Shown here one piece after another: positions 1 through 7,935 of a stretch of DNA of 11,620 nt. Source of the stretch: a virus (Duplodnaviria > Heunggongvirae > Uroviricota > Caudoviricetes); the IMG/VR virus record IMGVR_UViG_2531839468_000021; one strand, 5' to 3'. Made by a program: the position numbers and the translations under genes. A model generated the notes under the pieces. It was not told where the DNA came from and did not search any database. It worked only from the letters and a program-made list of their open reading frames with translations. The first letter of the stretch is position 1; each line of letters begins with the position of its first letter.

Positions 1-456
1 TTGTCGCTGACGGGGCATTATGCCGGAGTCACTGCCGGGCAGCTGTGGACGCTCAGTCGTGCTATTTCCGGGAATGGTATTACGCAACATGCTGCAGCCG
101 GTGCGCTGGCTCAGGTGGTGGGGAGTGGTGCATTTCGTGGAAACGATATCGGTATGGTGGCGAGAGCTGCCGCACAGATGGAGCGATCGGTTGGCCAGTC
201 GGTCAGCGATACCATAAATCAGTTTAAGCGGCTGAAGGATGATCCTGTAAATGCCGCGAAGGCTCTGGACAATGAGCTGCATTTTCTTACTGCCACTCAG
301 CTTGAGCAGATACGCGTCCTTGGGGAACAGGGGCGGTCCAGTGATGCGGCTCGGATAGCCATGTCTGCACTGGCAGAGGAAACCGGTCGACGTACTGCGG
401 ATATTGATAATAACCTCAATGCGCTGGGCAGTACGCTGAAGTACCTGTCTGACTGA
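1..456 (+). CDS. H: Tail tape measure protein (lambda gpH-like), internal fragment; 5' end lies upstream of the window; ends at an in-frame TGA at 454-456 that looks like a frame break rather than a true gene end
   Basis: ORF runs from the window edge in frame 1. The translation (…GTAEQ-type Ala/Gly-rich segment then …NNLNALGSTLKYLSD) aligns by recollection with the central part of lambda gpH just upstream of its …SMWDAVLDIGRPD motif. Position immediately upstream of M is as in lambda. Confidence 0.85.
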   Translation: MSLTGHYAGVTAGQLWTLSRAISGNGITQHAAAGALAQVVGSGAFRGNDIGMVARAAAQMERSVGQSVSDTINQFKRLKDDPVNAAKALDNELHFLTATQLEQIRVLGEQGRSSDAARIAMSALAEETGRRTADIDNNLNALGSTLKYLSD

Positions 457-2102
457 TGGAGCAGTTCTGGGATGCGGCCATGAATATTGGTCGTGAAGAC
501 TCGCTGGATGAACAGATTACCACTTTACAGGAGAAAGTGTCGCGGGCGAAAAGACTCCCCTGGACGGCATCATCTTCTCAGGTTGAATACGATCAGCAGC
601 GTCTTAACGATCTTCAGGAGAAAAAACGCCAGAAGGATCTGCAGGATGCAAAAGAGCAGGCAGAGCGGAATTATCAGGAGCAACAGAAACGACGTAATGC
701 TGAAAATGCTGCACTGAACCGGATGAATGAAACGGAAGCAGCACGACATCAGCGTGAAATTGCGCGTATTAATGCCATGCAGTACGCCGATCAGGCTGTC
801 AGGGATGCGGCGATACAACGTGAAAATGAACGTTACGAGAAAGCCCTGGCATCCGGTAAGAAAAAAACACGCGAAACCCGTAATGATGAGGCCACCCGGT
901 TATTGCTGCAGTACAGTCAGCAACAGGCACAGGTGGAAGGACAGATTGCTGCTGCCAGACAGTCAGCAGGCATTGCCACGGAAAGGATGACAGAAGCGCA
1001 TAAACAGCTTCTGGCTCTGCAGCAGCGCATCAGCGACCTGGACGGGAAAAAACTGACGGCAGATGAAAAGAGTGTACTGGCCCGTAAAGATGAACTGATT
1101 CAGGCACTGACGCTGCTGGATGTAAAACAGCAGGAGCTTCAGAAACAGACGGCACTCAACGAGCTGAAGAAAAAAACAATTCAGCTGACCAGTCAACTGG
1201 CTGAAGAAGAGCGCGCTCAGCGTCAGCAACATGACCTGGATATCGCCACGGTGGGTATGGGTGATCAGCAGCGGCAGCGACATCAGGTACAACTGAGTCT
1301 TCGCCAGAAATACCAGCAACAGCTGGAGCAGTTGAGGCGGGATAGTGAGCAGAAAGGGACATATAACACGGATGACTACAGAAAGGCCGAGCAGGCGCTG
1401 ACGGAGAGCCTGAACCGACAACTGAATGAGAATCGCCGTTACTGGCAACAGCTTGAAGTTGTGCAGGGTAACTGGAAAAACGGAGTCCTGCGTGCATTTC
1501 AGGATTTTACCGTGGATGCAGATAATACGGCAGGAACAGCAGAACAGGTGTTCTCGTCAGCCTTCAGCAACATGGGAAATGGCCTGGCAACTTTTGTCAC
1601 TACCGGCAAACTCAATTTCAAATCCTTCACCTCTTCTGTGCTGTCAGATATGGCGAAAATCCTGGCGCAGGCAACCATGATGAAATCGATAAAAGGGATT
1701 GGCAGTGTACTGGGATTTGATCTCAGCAGCCTTTCCCTGAATGCCAATGGGGGGATTTATCAGTCTGCTGATTTGAGTCGTTACAGTGGCACGGTGGTTA
1801 ACCGTCCGACGTTTTTTGCTTTTGCAAAAGGTGCAGGTGTGATGAGGGAAGCTGGGCCTGAAGCCATTCTGCCACTGCGTCGTGGTGCTGACGGTAAGCT
1901 GGGGGTTGTGGCGGATATTGGTGGTTCAGGTATGGCGATGTTTGCCCCGCAGTACAACATTGAGATCAATAACGATGGCACGAACGGGCAGATAGGTCCG
2001 GCTGCCCTGAAGGTGGTTTATGACCTCGGGAAAAAAGCAGCAGCGGACTTTATGCAACAGCAGTCCCGTGATGGTGGTCTGTTCTCTGGAGGTGGACGAT
2101 GA
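456..2102 (+). CDS. H: Tail tape measure protein (lambda gpH-like), C-terminal portion (548 aa), in frame 3 relative to the upstream fragment
   Basis: Begins MEQFWDAAMNIGRED (cf. lambda gpH …SMWDAVLDIGRPD). Long Q/E/K/R-rich coiled-coil region. C-terminus …NNDGTNGQIGPAALKVVYD…DGGLFSGGGR is the conserved gpH C-terminal signature. Stop TGA at 2100-2102 overlaps the M start (ATGA). Confidence 0.9.
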   Translation: MEQFWDAAMNIGREDSLDEQITTLQEKVSRAKRLPWTASSSQVEYDQQRLNDLQEKKRQKDLQDAKEQAERNYQEQQKRRNAENAALNRMNETEAARHQREIARINAMQYADQAVRDAAIQRENERYEKALASGKKKTRETRNDEATRLLLQYSQQQAQVEGQIAAARQSAGIATERMTEAHKQLLALQQRISDLDGKKLTADEKSVLARKDELIQALTLLDVKQQELQKQTALNELKKKTIQLTSQLAEEERAQRQQHDLDIATVGMGDQQRQRHQVQLSLRQKYQQQLEQLRRDSEQKGTYNTDDYRKAEQALTESLNRQLNENRRYWQQLEVVQGNWKNGVLRAFQDFTVDADNTAGTAEQVFSSAFSNMGNGLATFVTTGKLNFKSFTSSVLSDMAKILAQATMMKSIKGIGSVLGFDLSSLSLNANGGIYQSADLSRYSGTVVNRPTFFAFAKGAGVMREAGPEAILPLRRGADGKLGVVADIGGSGMAMFAPQYNIEINNDGTNGQIGPAALKVVYDLGKKAAADFMQQQSRDGGLFSGGGR

Positions 2103-2428
2103 AAACCTTCCGCTGGAAAGTGAAACCCGGTATGGATGTGGCTTCGGCCCCTTCCGTAAGAAAGGTGCGCTTTGGTGATGGCTATTCTCAGCGTGCGCCT
2201 GCCGGGCTGAACGCTGACCTGAAAACGTACAGCGTGACGCTTTCTGTTCCCCGCGAGGAGGCCACGGCACTGGAATCGTTTCTGGCTGAGCACGGGGGCT
2301 GGAAGGCCTTTCTGTGGACGCCGCCTTATGGCTATCGGCAGATAAAGGTGACCTGCGCAAAATGGTCGTCGCGGGTCAGTATGTTGCGTGTTGAGTTTAG
2401 CGCAGAGTTTGAACAGGTGGTGAACTGA
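2099..2428 (+). CDS. M: Minor tail protein M (109 aa)
   Basis: MKTFRWKVKPGMDVAS…RVEFSAEFEQVVN is essentially the lambda gpM sequence as I recall it, with the same length. GGAGG at 2088-2092 six nt upstream of ATG 2099. ATGA overlap with the H stop and TGATG overlap with the L start indicate translational coupling. Confidence 0.95.
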   Translation: MKTFRWKVKPGMDVASAPSVRKVRFGDGYSQRAPAGLNADLKTYSVTLSVPREEATALESFLAEHGGWKAFLWTPPYGYRQIKVTCAKWSSRVSMLRVEFSAEFEQVVN

Positions 2429-3125
2429 TGCAGGATATCCGACAGGACACACTGAATGAATGCACCCGTGCGGATCAGTCGGCCAGCGTGGTGCTCTGGG
2501 AAATCGATCTGACAGAGATCGGTGGAGAACGTTATTTTTTCTGTAATGAGCAGAACGAAAAAGGTGAGCCGGTCACCTGGCAGGGGAGACAATATCAGGC
2601 GTATCCCATTCAGGGGAGTGGTTTTGAACTGAATGGCAAAGGCACCAGTACGCGCCCCACGCTGGCAGTCTCTAACCTGTATGGCATGGTCACCGGGATG
2701 ACGGAAGATCTGCAGAGTCTGGTCGGCGGAACGGTGGTCAGGCGTAAGGTTTACGCCCGTTTTCTGGATGCGGTGAACTTCGTCAACGGAAACAGCGACG
2801 CCGATCCGGAGCAGGAGGTGATCAGTCGCTGGCGCATCGAGCAGTGCAGCGAACTGAGCGCGGTGAGTGCCTCTTTGTACTGTCCACGCCGACGGAAACG
2901 GACGGCGCTGTTTTTCCGGGACGTATCATGCTGGCCAACACCTGCACCTGGACCTATCGCGGCGATGAGTGCGGTTATCACGGTCCGGCTGTCGCGGATG
3001 AATATGACCAGCCAACGTCCGATATCACGAAGGATAAATGCAGCAAATGCCTGAGCGGTTGTAAGTTCCGCAATAACGTCGGCAACTTTGGCGGCTTCCT
3101 TTCCATTAACAAACTTTCGCAGTAA
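2428..3125 (+). pseudogene. L: Tail tip protein L (lambda gpL-like), interrupted by an apparent 1-nt deletion in a T run at about 2874-2877; frame-1 ORF 2428..3054 carries the N-terminal 149 aa, then frame-3 ORF 2844..3125 carries the authentic Cys-rich C-terminus
   Basis: N-terminus MQDIRQDTLNECTRADQSASVVLWEIDL… matches lambda gpL. After …SELSAVSAS the frame-1 translation becomes Arg-rich nonsense (LYCPRRRKRTALFF…), while frame 3 continues FVLSTPTETDGAVFPGRIMLANTCTWTYRGDECGY…CSKCLSGCKFRNNVGNFGGFLSINKLSQ, the conserved gpL C-terminal Cys cluster. Adding one T to the TTT at 2874-2876 restores a continuous 232-codon ORF, the lambda gpL length. Confidence 0.85.
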
Positions 3126-3130
3126 ATCCC

Positions 3131-3874
3131 ATGACACAGACAGAATCAGCGATTCTGGCGCACGCCCGGCGATGTGCGCCAGCGGAGTCGTGCGGCTTCG
3201 TGGTGAGAACGCCGGAGGAGGAAAGATATTTTCCCTGCGTGAATATCTCCGGTGAGCCGGAGGCGTATTTCCGTATGTCGCCGGAAGACTGGCTGCAGGC
3301 AGAAATGCAGGGTGAGATTGTGGCGCTGGTCCACAGCCACCCCGGTGGTCTGCCCTGGCTGAGTGAGGCCGACCGGCGGCTGCAGGTGCAGAGTGATTTG
3401 CCGTGGTGGCTGGTCTGCCGGGGGACGATTCATAAGTTCCGCTGTGTGCCGCATCTCACCGGGCGGCGTTTTGAGCACGGGGTGACAGACTGTTATACGC
3501 TGTTCCGCGATGCCTATCATCTTGCAGGTATCGATTTGCCGGATTTTTACCGACATGATGACTGGTGGAAATCAGGTCAGAATCTCTATCTGGATAATCT
3601 GGAGGCCACAGGGCTGTATCAGGTGCCGTTGTCATCAGCACAACCGGGCGATGTGCTGCTGTGCTGCTTTGGTTCATCGGTGCCGAATCATGCCGCCATT
3701 TACTGTGGTGACGGCGAGCTGCTGCACCATATTCCTGAACAACTGAGCAAACGAGAGAGGTATACCGACAAATGGCAGCGACGCACACACTCCCTCTGGC
3801 GTCACCAGGCATGGCACGCATCTGCCTTTACGGGGATTTACAACGATTTGGCCGCCGCATCGATCTGCGTGTGA
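3131..3874 (+). CDS. K: Tail tip assembly protein K (MPN/JAMM-like plus NlpC/P60-like domains), 247 aa from the first ATG; an internal Met at 3275 would give the 199-aa form
   Basis: Contains the HSHP…S…D JAMM-type motif (…VALVHSHPGGLPWLSEADRR…) and a downstream Cys/His-containing segment (…DCYTLFRDAYHLAG…NHAAIYCG…). Its 3' end overlaps the I start by 103 nt in another frame, the same overlap I recall for lambda K/I. Confidence 0.88.
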   Translation: MTQTESAILAHARRCAPAESCGFVVRTPEEERYFPCVNISGEPEAYFRMSPEDWLQAEMQGEIVALVHSHPGGLPWLSEADRRLQVQSDLPWWLVCRGTIHKFRCVPHLTGRRFEHGVTDCYTLFRDAYHLAGIDLPDFYRHDDWWKSGQNLYLDNLEATGLYQVPLSSAQPGDVLLCCFGSSVPNHAAIYCGDGELLHHIPEQLSKRERYTDKWQRRTHSLWRHQAWHASAFTGIYNDLAAASICV

Positions 3875-4413
3875 AAACGGGGGCCGAAGCCATCCGGGCG
3901 CTGGCCATGCAGATCCCGGCGTTTCGTCAGAAGCTGAGCGACGGCTGGTATCAGGTACGCATTGCCGGGCGTGATACAGGTGAAACGGAATTATCAGCCC
4001 GTCTTAATGAACCGCTGGCAAATGGTGCTGTGATCCATATCGTGCCGCGTCTGGCAGGAGCCAAAAGTGGCGGTGTGTTTCAGGCTGTGCTGGGGGCGGC
4101 TGTTATGGCGGTTGCTATATGGATGCCGGGGGTAGGAATTATGGCGAGTAATCTGCTGTTTTCTCTCGGTGCCAGTATGACGCTTGGCGGTGTTGCACAG
4201 ATGCTGGCCCCTAAACCCAAAACCCCCCGCACACAGACAACGGATAACGGCAAACAGAACACCTATTTTTCTTCACTGGATAATATGGTTGCCCAGGGCA
4301 ATGTTCTGCCCGTTCTGTACGGTGAAATGCGCGTGGGATCACGTGTGGTATCTCAGGAGATCAGCACAGCAGACGAAGGGGACGGTGGTCAGGTTGTGGT
4401 GATTGGTCGCTGA
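3772..4413 (+). CDS. I: Tail tip assembly protein I (213 aa)
   Basis: MAATHTLPLASPGMARICLYGDLQRFGRRIDLRVKTGAEAIRAL… with a hydrophobic central segment and conserved C-terminus …NVLPVLYGEMRVGSRVVSQEISTADEGDGGQVVVIGR. GAGAGG at 3755-3760 upstream of ATG 3772. The 60-nt gap to J matches the lambda arrangement. Confidence 0.9.
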   Translation: MAATHTLPLASPGMARICLYGDLQRFGRRIDLRVKTGAEAIRALAMQIPAFRQKLSDGWYQVRIAGRDTGETELSARLNEPLANGAVIHIVPRLAGAKSGGVFQAVLGAAVMAVAIWMPGVGIMASNLLFSLGASMTLGGVAQMLAPKPKTPRTQTTDNGKQNTYFSSLDNMVAQGNVLPVLYGEMRVGSRVVSQEISTADEGDGGQVVVIGR

Positions 4414-4431
4414 TGAAAAACGTTTTATGTG

Positions 4432-4452
4432 AAACCGCCTGCGGGCGGTTTT
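4432..4452 (+). other. Stem-loop in the I-J intergenic spacer (8-bp stem aaaccgcc/ggcggttt, 4-nt loop, then T run); possible attenuator or RNA-processing/stability element inside the late operon
   Basis: Read directly: left arm 4432-4439, loop 4440-4443 (tgcg), right arm 4444-4451, which ends in ttt and is followed by one more T at 4452. Preceded by the AT palindrome aaaacgtttt at 4417-4426. Confidence 0.5.
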
Positions 4453-4473
4453 GTCATTTATGGAGCGTGAAGA

Positions 4474-6441
4474 ATGGGTAAAGGCAGCAGTAAGGGGCAT
4501 ACCCCGCGCGAAGCGAAGGACAACCTGAAGTCCACGCAGTTGCTGAGTGTGATCGATGCCATCAGCGAAGGGCCGGTTGAAGGTCCGGTGGAGGGATTAA
4601 AAAGCGTGCTGCTGAACAGTACGCCGGTGCTGGACAGTGAGGGGAATACCAATATCTCCGGTGTCACGGTGGTTTTCCGGGCAGGTGAGCAGGAGCAGAC
4701 ACCGCCGGAGGGATTTGAATCCTCCGGCTCCGAGACGGTGCTGGGTACGGAAGTGAAGTACGACACGCCGATTACCCGGACCATCACGTCTGCAAACATC
4801 GACCGTCTGCGCTTTACCTTCGGTGTACAGGCACTGGTGGAAACCACCTCAAAGGGTGACCGGAATCCGTCGGAAGTCCGCCTGCTGGTTCAGATACAAC
4901 GTAACGGTGGCTGGGTGACGGAAAAAGACATCACCATTAAGGGCAAAACCACCTCGCAGTATCTGGCCTCGGTGGTGGTGGATAACCTGCCGCCGCGCCC
5001 GTTCAACATCCGGATGCGCAGGATGACGCCGGACAGCACCACAGACCAGCTGCAGAACAAAACGCTCTGGTCGTCATACACTGAAATCATCGATGTGAAA
5101 CAGTGCTACCCGAACACGGCACTGGTCGGCGTGCAGGTGGACTCGGAGCAGTTCGGCAGCCAGCAGGTGAGCCGTAATTATCATCTGCGCGGGCGTATTC
5201 TGCAGGTGCCGTCGAATTATAACCCGCAGACGCGGCAATACAGCGGTATCTGGGACGGAACGTTTAAGCCGGCATACAGCAACAACCCGGCCTGGTGTCT
5301 GTGGGATATGCTGACCCACCCGCGCTACGGCATGGGGAAACGTCTTGGTGCGGCGGATGTGGATAAATGGGCGCTGTATGTCATCGGCCAGTACTGCGAC
5401 CAGTCAGTGCCGGACGGCTTTGGTGGCACGGAGCCGCGCATCACCTGTAATGCGTACCTGACCACACAGCGCAAGGCGTGGGATGTGCTCAGTGATTTCT
5501 GCTCGGCGATGCGCTGTATGCCGGTATGGAACGGGCAGACGCTGACGTTCGTGCAGGACCGACCATCAGATAAGGTATGGACCTATAACCGCAGTAATGT
5601 GGTGATGCCGGATGATGGCGCGCCGTTCCGCTACAGATTCAGCGCCCTGAAGGACCGCCATAATGCCGTTGAGGTGAACTGGATTGACCCGAACAACGGC
5701 TGGGAGACGGCGACAGAGCTTGTTGAAGATACGCGGGCCCTTGCCCGTTACGGTCGTAATGTCACGAAGATGGATGCCTTTGGCTGTACCAGCCGGGGGC
5801 AGGCACACCGCGCCGGGCTGTGGCTGATTAAAACAGAACTGCTGGAAACGCAGACCGTGGACTTCAGCGTGGGGGCCGAAGGGCTTCGCCATGTGCCGGG
5901 CGATGTCATTGAAATCTGCGATGATGACTATGCCGGTATCCGCACCGGCGGGCGCGTGCTGGCGGTAAACAGCCAGACCCGGACGCTGACGCTCGACCGT
6001 GAAATCACGCTGCCATCTTCCGGCACCACGCTGATAAGCCTGGTTGACGGGCAGGGGAGTCCGGTCAGCGTGGAGGTTCAGTCCGTCACCGACGGCGTGA
6101 AGGTGAAAGTGAGCCTGGTTCCTGACGGTGTTGCTGAATACAGCGTGTGGGGGCTGAAGCTGCCGACGCTGCGCCAGCGACTGTTCCGCTGCGTGAGTAT
6201 CCGTGAGAACGACGACGGCACGTATGCCATCACCGCCGTGCAGCATGTGCCGGAAAAAGAGGCCATCGTGGATAACGGGGCGCACTTTGACGGCGACCAG
6301 AGCGGCACGGTGAATGGTGTCACGCCGCCAGCGGTGCAGCACCTGACTGCCGAAGTCACCGCAGACAGCGGGGAGTATCAGGTACTGGCCCGCTGGGACA
6401 CGCCGAAGGTGGTGAAGGGCGTGAGTTTATGCTTCGCCTGA
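4474..6441 (+). CDS. J: Host specificity / central tail fibre protein J, N-terminal 655 aa; ends at a frame break
   Basis: [34 protein letters not shown]… and the following ~650 residues are near-identical to lambda gpJ by recollection. GGAG at 4462-4465 upstream of ATG 4474. The ORF terminates as …[11 protein letters not shown], where lambda gpJ continues. Confidence 0.9.
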   Translation: MGKGSSKGHTPREAKDNLKSTQLLSVIDAISEGPVEGPVEGLKSVLLNSTPVLDSEGNTNISGVTVVFRAGEQEQTPPEGFESSGSETVLGTEVKYDTPITRTITSANIDRLRFTFGVQALVETTSKGDRNPSEVRLLVQIQRNGGWVTEKDITIKGKTTSQYLASVVVDNLPPRPFNIRMRRMTPDSTTDQLQNKTLWSSYTEIIDVKQCYPNTALVGVQVDSEQFGSQQVSRNYHLRGRILQVPSNYNPQTRQYSGIWDGTFKPAYSNNPAWCLWDMLTHPRYGMGKRLGAADVDKWALYVIGQYCDQSVPDGFGGTEPRITCNAYLTTQRKAWDVLSDFCSAMRCMPVWNGQTLTFVQDRPSDKVWTYNRSNVVMPDDGAPFRYRFSALKDRHNAVEVNWIDPNNGWETATELVEDTRALARYGRNVTKMDAFGCTSRGQAHRAGLWLIKTELLETQTVDFSVGAEGLRHVPGDVIEICDDDYAGIRTGGRVLAVNSQTRTLTLDREITLPSSGTTLISLVDGQGSPVSVEVQSVTDGVKVKVSLVPDGVAEYSVWGLKLPTLRQRLFRCVSIRENDDGTYAITAVQHVPEKEAIVDNGAHFDGDQSGTVNGVTPPAVQHLTAEVTADSGEYQVLARWDTPKVVKGVSLCFA

Positions 6442-7868
6442 CCGTGGCAGCGGATGACGGCAGTGAGCGGCTGGTCAGCACGGCCCGGACGACGGAAACC
6501 ACGTACCGCTTCACGCAACTGGCGCTGGGGCGGTACACGCTGACAGTCCGGGCGGTAAATGCGTGGGGACAGCAGGGCGATCCGGCGTCGGTATCGTTCC
6601 GGATTGCCGCACCGGCAGCACCGTCGAGGATTGAGCTGACGCCGGGCTATTTTCAGATAACCGCCACGCCGCATCTTGCCGTTTATGACCCGACGGTACA
6701 GTTTGAGTTCTGGTTCTCGGAAACGCGGATTACCGATATCAGGCAGGTTGAAACCACAGCCCGCTACCTTGGTACGGGACTGTACTGGATAGCCGCCAGT
6801 ATCAATATCAAACCGGGCCATGATTATTACTTTTATATCCGCAGTGTGAACACCGTTGGCAAATCGGCATTCGTGGAGGCCGTCGGTCGGGCGAGCGATG
6901 ATGCGGAAGGTTACCTGGATTTTTTCAAAGGCAAGATAACCGAATCCCATCTCGGTAAAGAGCTGCTGGAAAAAGTCGAGCTGACGGAGGATAACGCCAG
7001 CAAACTGGAGGAGTTTTCGAAAGAGTGGAAAGACGCCAGTGATAAATGGAATGCCATGTGGGGCGTCAAAATTGAGCAGACCAAAGACGGCAAACATTAT
7101 GTCGCGGGTATTGGCCTCAGCATGGAGGACACGGAGGAAGGCAAGCTGAGCCAGTTTCTGGTTGCCGCTAACCGTATCGCGTTTATTGACCCGGCAAACG
7201 GGAATGAAACGCCGATGTTTGTGGCGCAGGGCAACCAGATATTCATGAACGACGTGTTCCTGAAACGCCTGACGGCCCCCACCATTACCAGTGGTGGAAA
7301 TACACCGGTATTTTCCCTGACACCGGACGGGCGGCTGACGGCGAAAAATGCCGATATCAGCGGTAACGTGAATGCGAACTCCGGGACGCTCAACAACGTC
7401 ACGATTAACGAGAACTGTCGGGTTCTGGGAAAATTGTCCGCCAACCAGATTGAAGGCGATCTCGTTAAAACAGTGGGCAAAGCTTTCCCCCGGGACTCCC
7501 GTGCACCGGAGCGGTGGCCATCAGGAACCATTACCGTCAGGGTTTATGACGATCAGCCGTTTGACCGGCAGATTGTTATTCCGGCGGTGGCATTCAGCGG
7601 CGCTAAACATGAGAAAGAGCATACTGATATTTACTCCTCATGCCGTCTGATAGTACGGAAAAACGGTGCTGAAATTTATAACCGTACCGCGCTGGATAAT
7701 ACGCTGATTTACAGTGGTGTTATTGATATGCCTGCCGGTCACGGTCACATGACACTGGAGTTTTCGGTGTCAGCATGGCTGGTAAATAACTGGTATCCCA
7801 CAGCAAGTATCAGCGATTTGCTGGTTGTGGTGATGAAGAAAGCCACCGCAGGCATCAGTATCAGCTGA
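6429..7868 (+). CDS. J: Host specificity protein J, C-terminal 479 aa in frame 3, including a divergent C-terminal receptor-binding region
   Basis: [34 protein letters not shown]… continues the gpJ sequence directly after the break. The combined length (about 1131 codons) matches lambda gpJ. The last ~150 residues (…[24 protein letters not shown]…[10 protein letters not shown]) keep the gpJ C-terminal architecture but differ substantially from the lambda LamB-binding domain. Confidence 0.9.
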   Translation: MLRLTVAADDGSERLVSTARTTETTYRFTQLALGRYTLTVRAVNAWGQQGDPASVSFRIAAPAAPSRIELTPGYFQITATPHLAVYDPTVQFEFWFSETRITDIRQVETTARYLGTGLYWIAASINIKPGHDYYFYIRSVNTVGKSAFVEAVGRASDDAEGYLDFFKGKITESHLGKELLEKVELTEDNASKLEEFSKEWKDASDKWNAMWGVKIEQTKDGKHYVAGIGLSMEDTEEGKLSQFLVAANRIAFIDPANGNETPMFVAQGNQIFMNDVFLKRLTAPTITSGGNTPVFSLTPDGRLTAKNADISGNVNANSGTLNNVTINENCRVLGKLSANQIEGDLVKTVGKAFPRDSRAPERWPSGTITVRVYDDQPFDRQIVIPAVAFSGAKHEKEHTDIYSSCRLIVRKNGAEIYNRTALDNTLIYSGVIDMPAGHGHMTLEFSVSAWLVNNWYPTASISDLLVVVMKKATAGISIS

Positions 7869-7886
7869 ATTTTATAACCCATATAC

Positions 7887-7911
7887 GGGCGCCAGAAATG
7901 GCGCCTTTTTT
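7887..7911 (+). terminator. Rho-independent terminator downstream of J
   Basis: GC stem gggcgcc (7887-7893) / ggcgcc (7900-7905) with a 6-nt loop agaaat, followed by tttttt at 7906-7911. Confidence 0.7.
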
Positions 7912-7924
7912 ATTGCAGAAAAGC

Positions 7925-7930
7925 GAGAGG
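7925..7930 (+). promoter_or_regulatory. Ribosome-binding site of lom (GAGAGG)
   Basis: Purine-rich SD-like hexamer 5 nt upstream of ATG 7936. Confidence 0.6.
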
Positions 7931-7935
7931 TAATT

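Noticed and set aside
963-1747. Minus-strand ORFs (963..1448, 1156..1497, 1499..1747) inside the tape measure gene
   Set aside because: They lie entirely antisense to a well-supported, conserved gpH coding region and their translations are low-complexity Leu/Gln-rich with no recognisable features. They are typical spurious antisense frames of a coiled-coil gene.
1926-2592. Minus-strand ORFs overlapping the H 3' end, M and the L 5' end
   Set aside because: Antisense to three tightly coupled, highly conserved tail genes. They have no RBS context and Arg/Pro-rich translations characteristic of GC-rich antisense frames.
3772-3874. The 103-nt out-of-frame overlap of K and I considered as an annotation error or frameshift
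   Set aside because: The same overlap length is what I recall for the lambda K/I pair. Both frames encode conserved protein sequence across the overlap, and I has its own RBS at 3755-3760.
440-6441. Programmed -1 ribosomal frameshifting as the explanation for the H, L and J frame breaks
   Set aside because: The direction of all three shifts is compatible with -1 slippage, but none of the sites has a canonical X-XXY-YYZ slippery heptamer or an obvious downstream stimulatory structure, and these genes are single continuous ORFs in lambda. Indel error or pseudogenisation is more parsimonious.
5566-7097. Long minus-strand ORFs (258 aa and 239 aa) inside J
   Set aside because: Antisense to the near lambda-identical J coding sequence. 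Long open antisense frames are expected in GC-rich coding DNA, and nothing supports expression.
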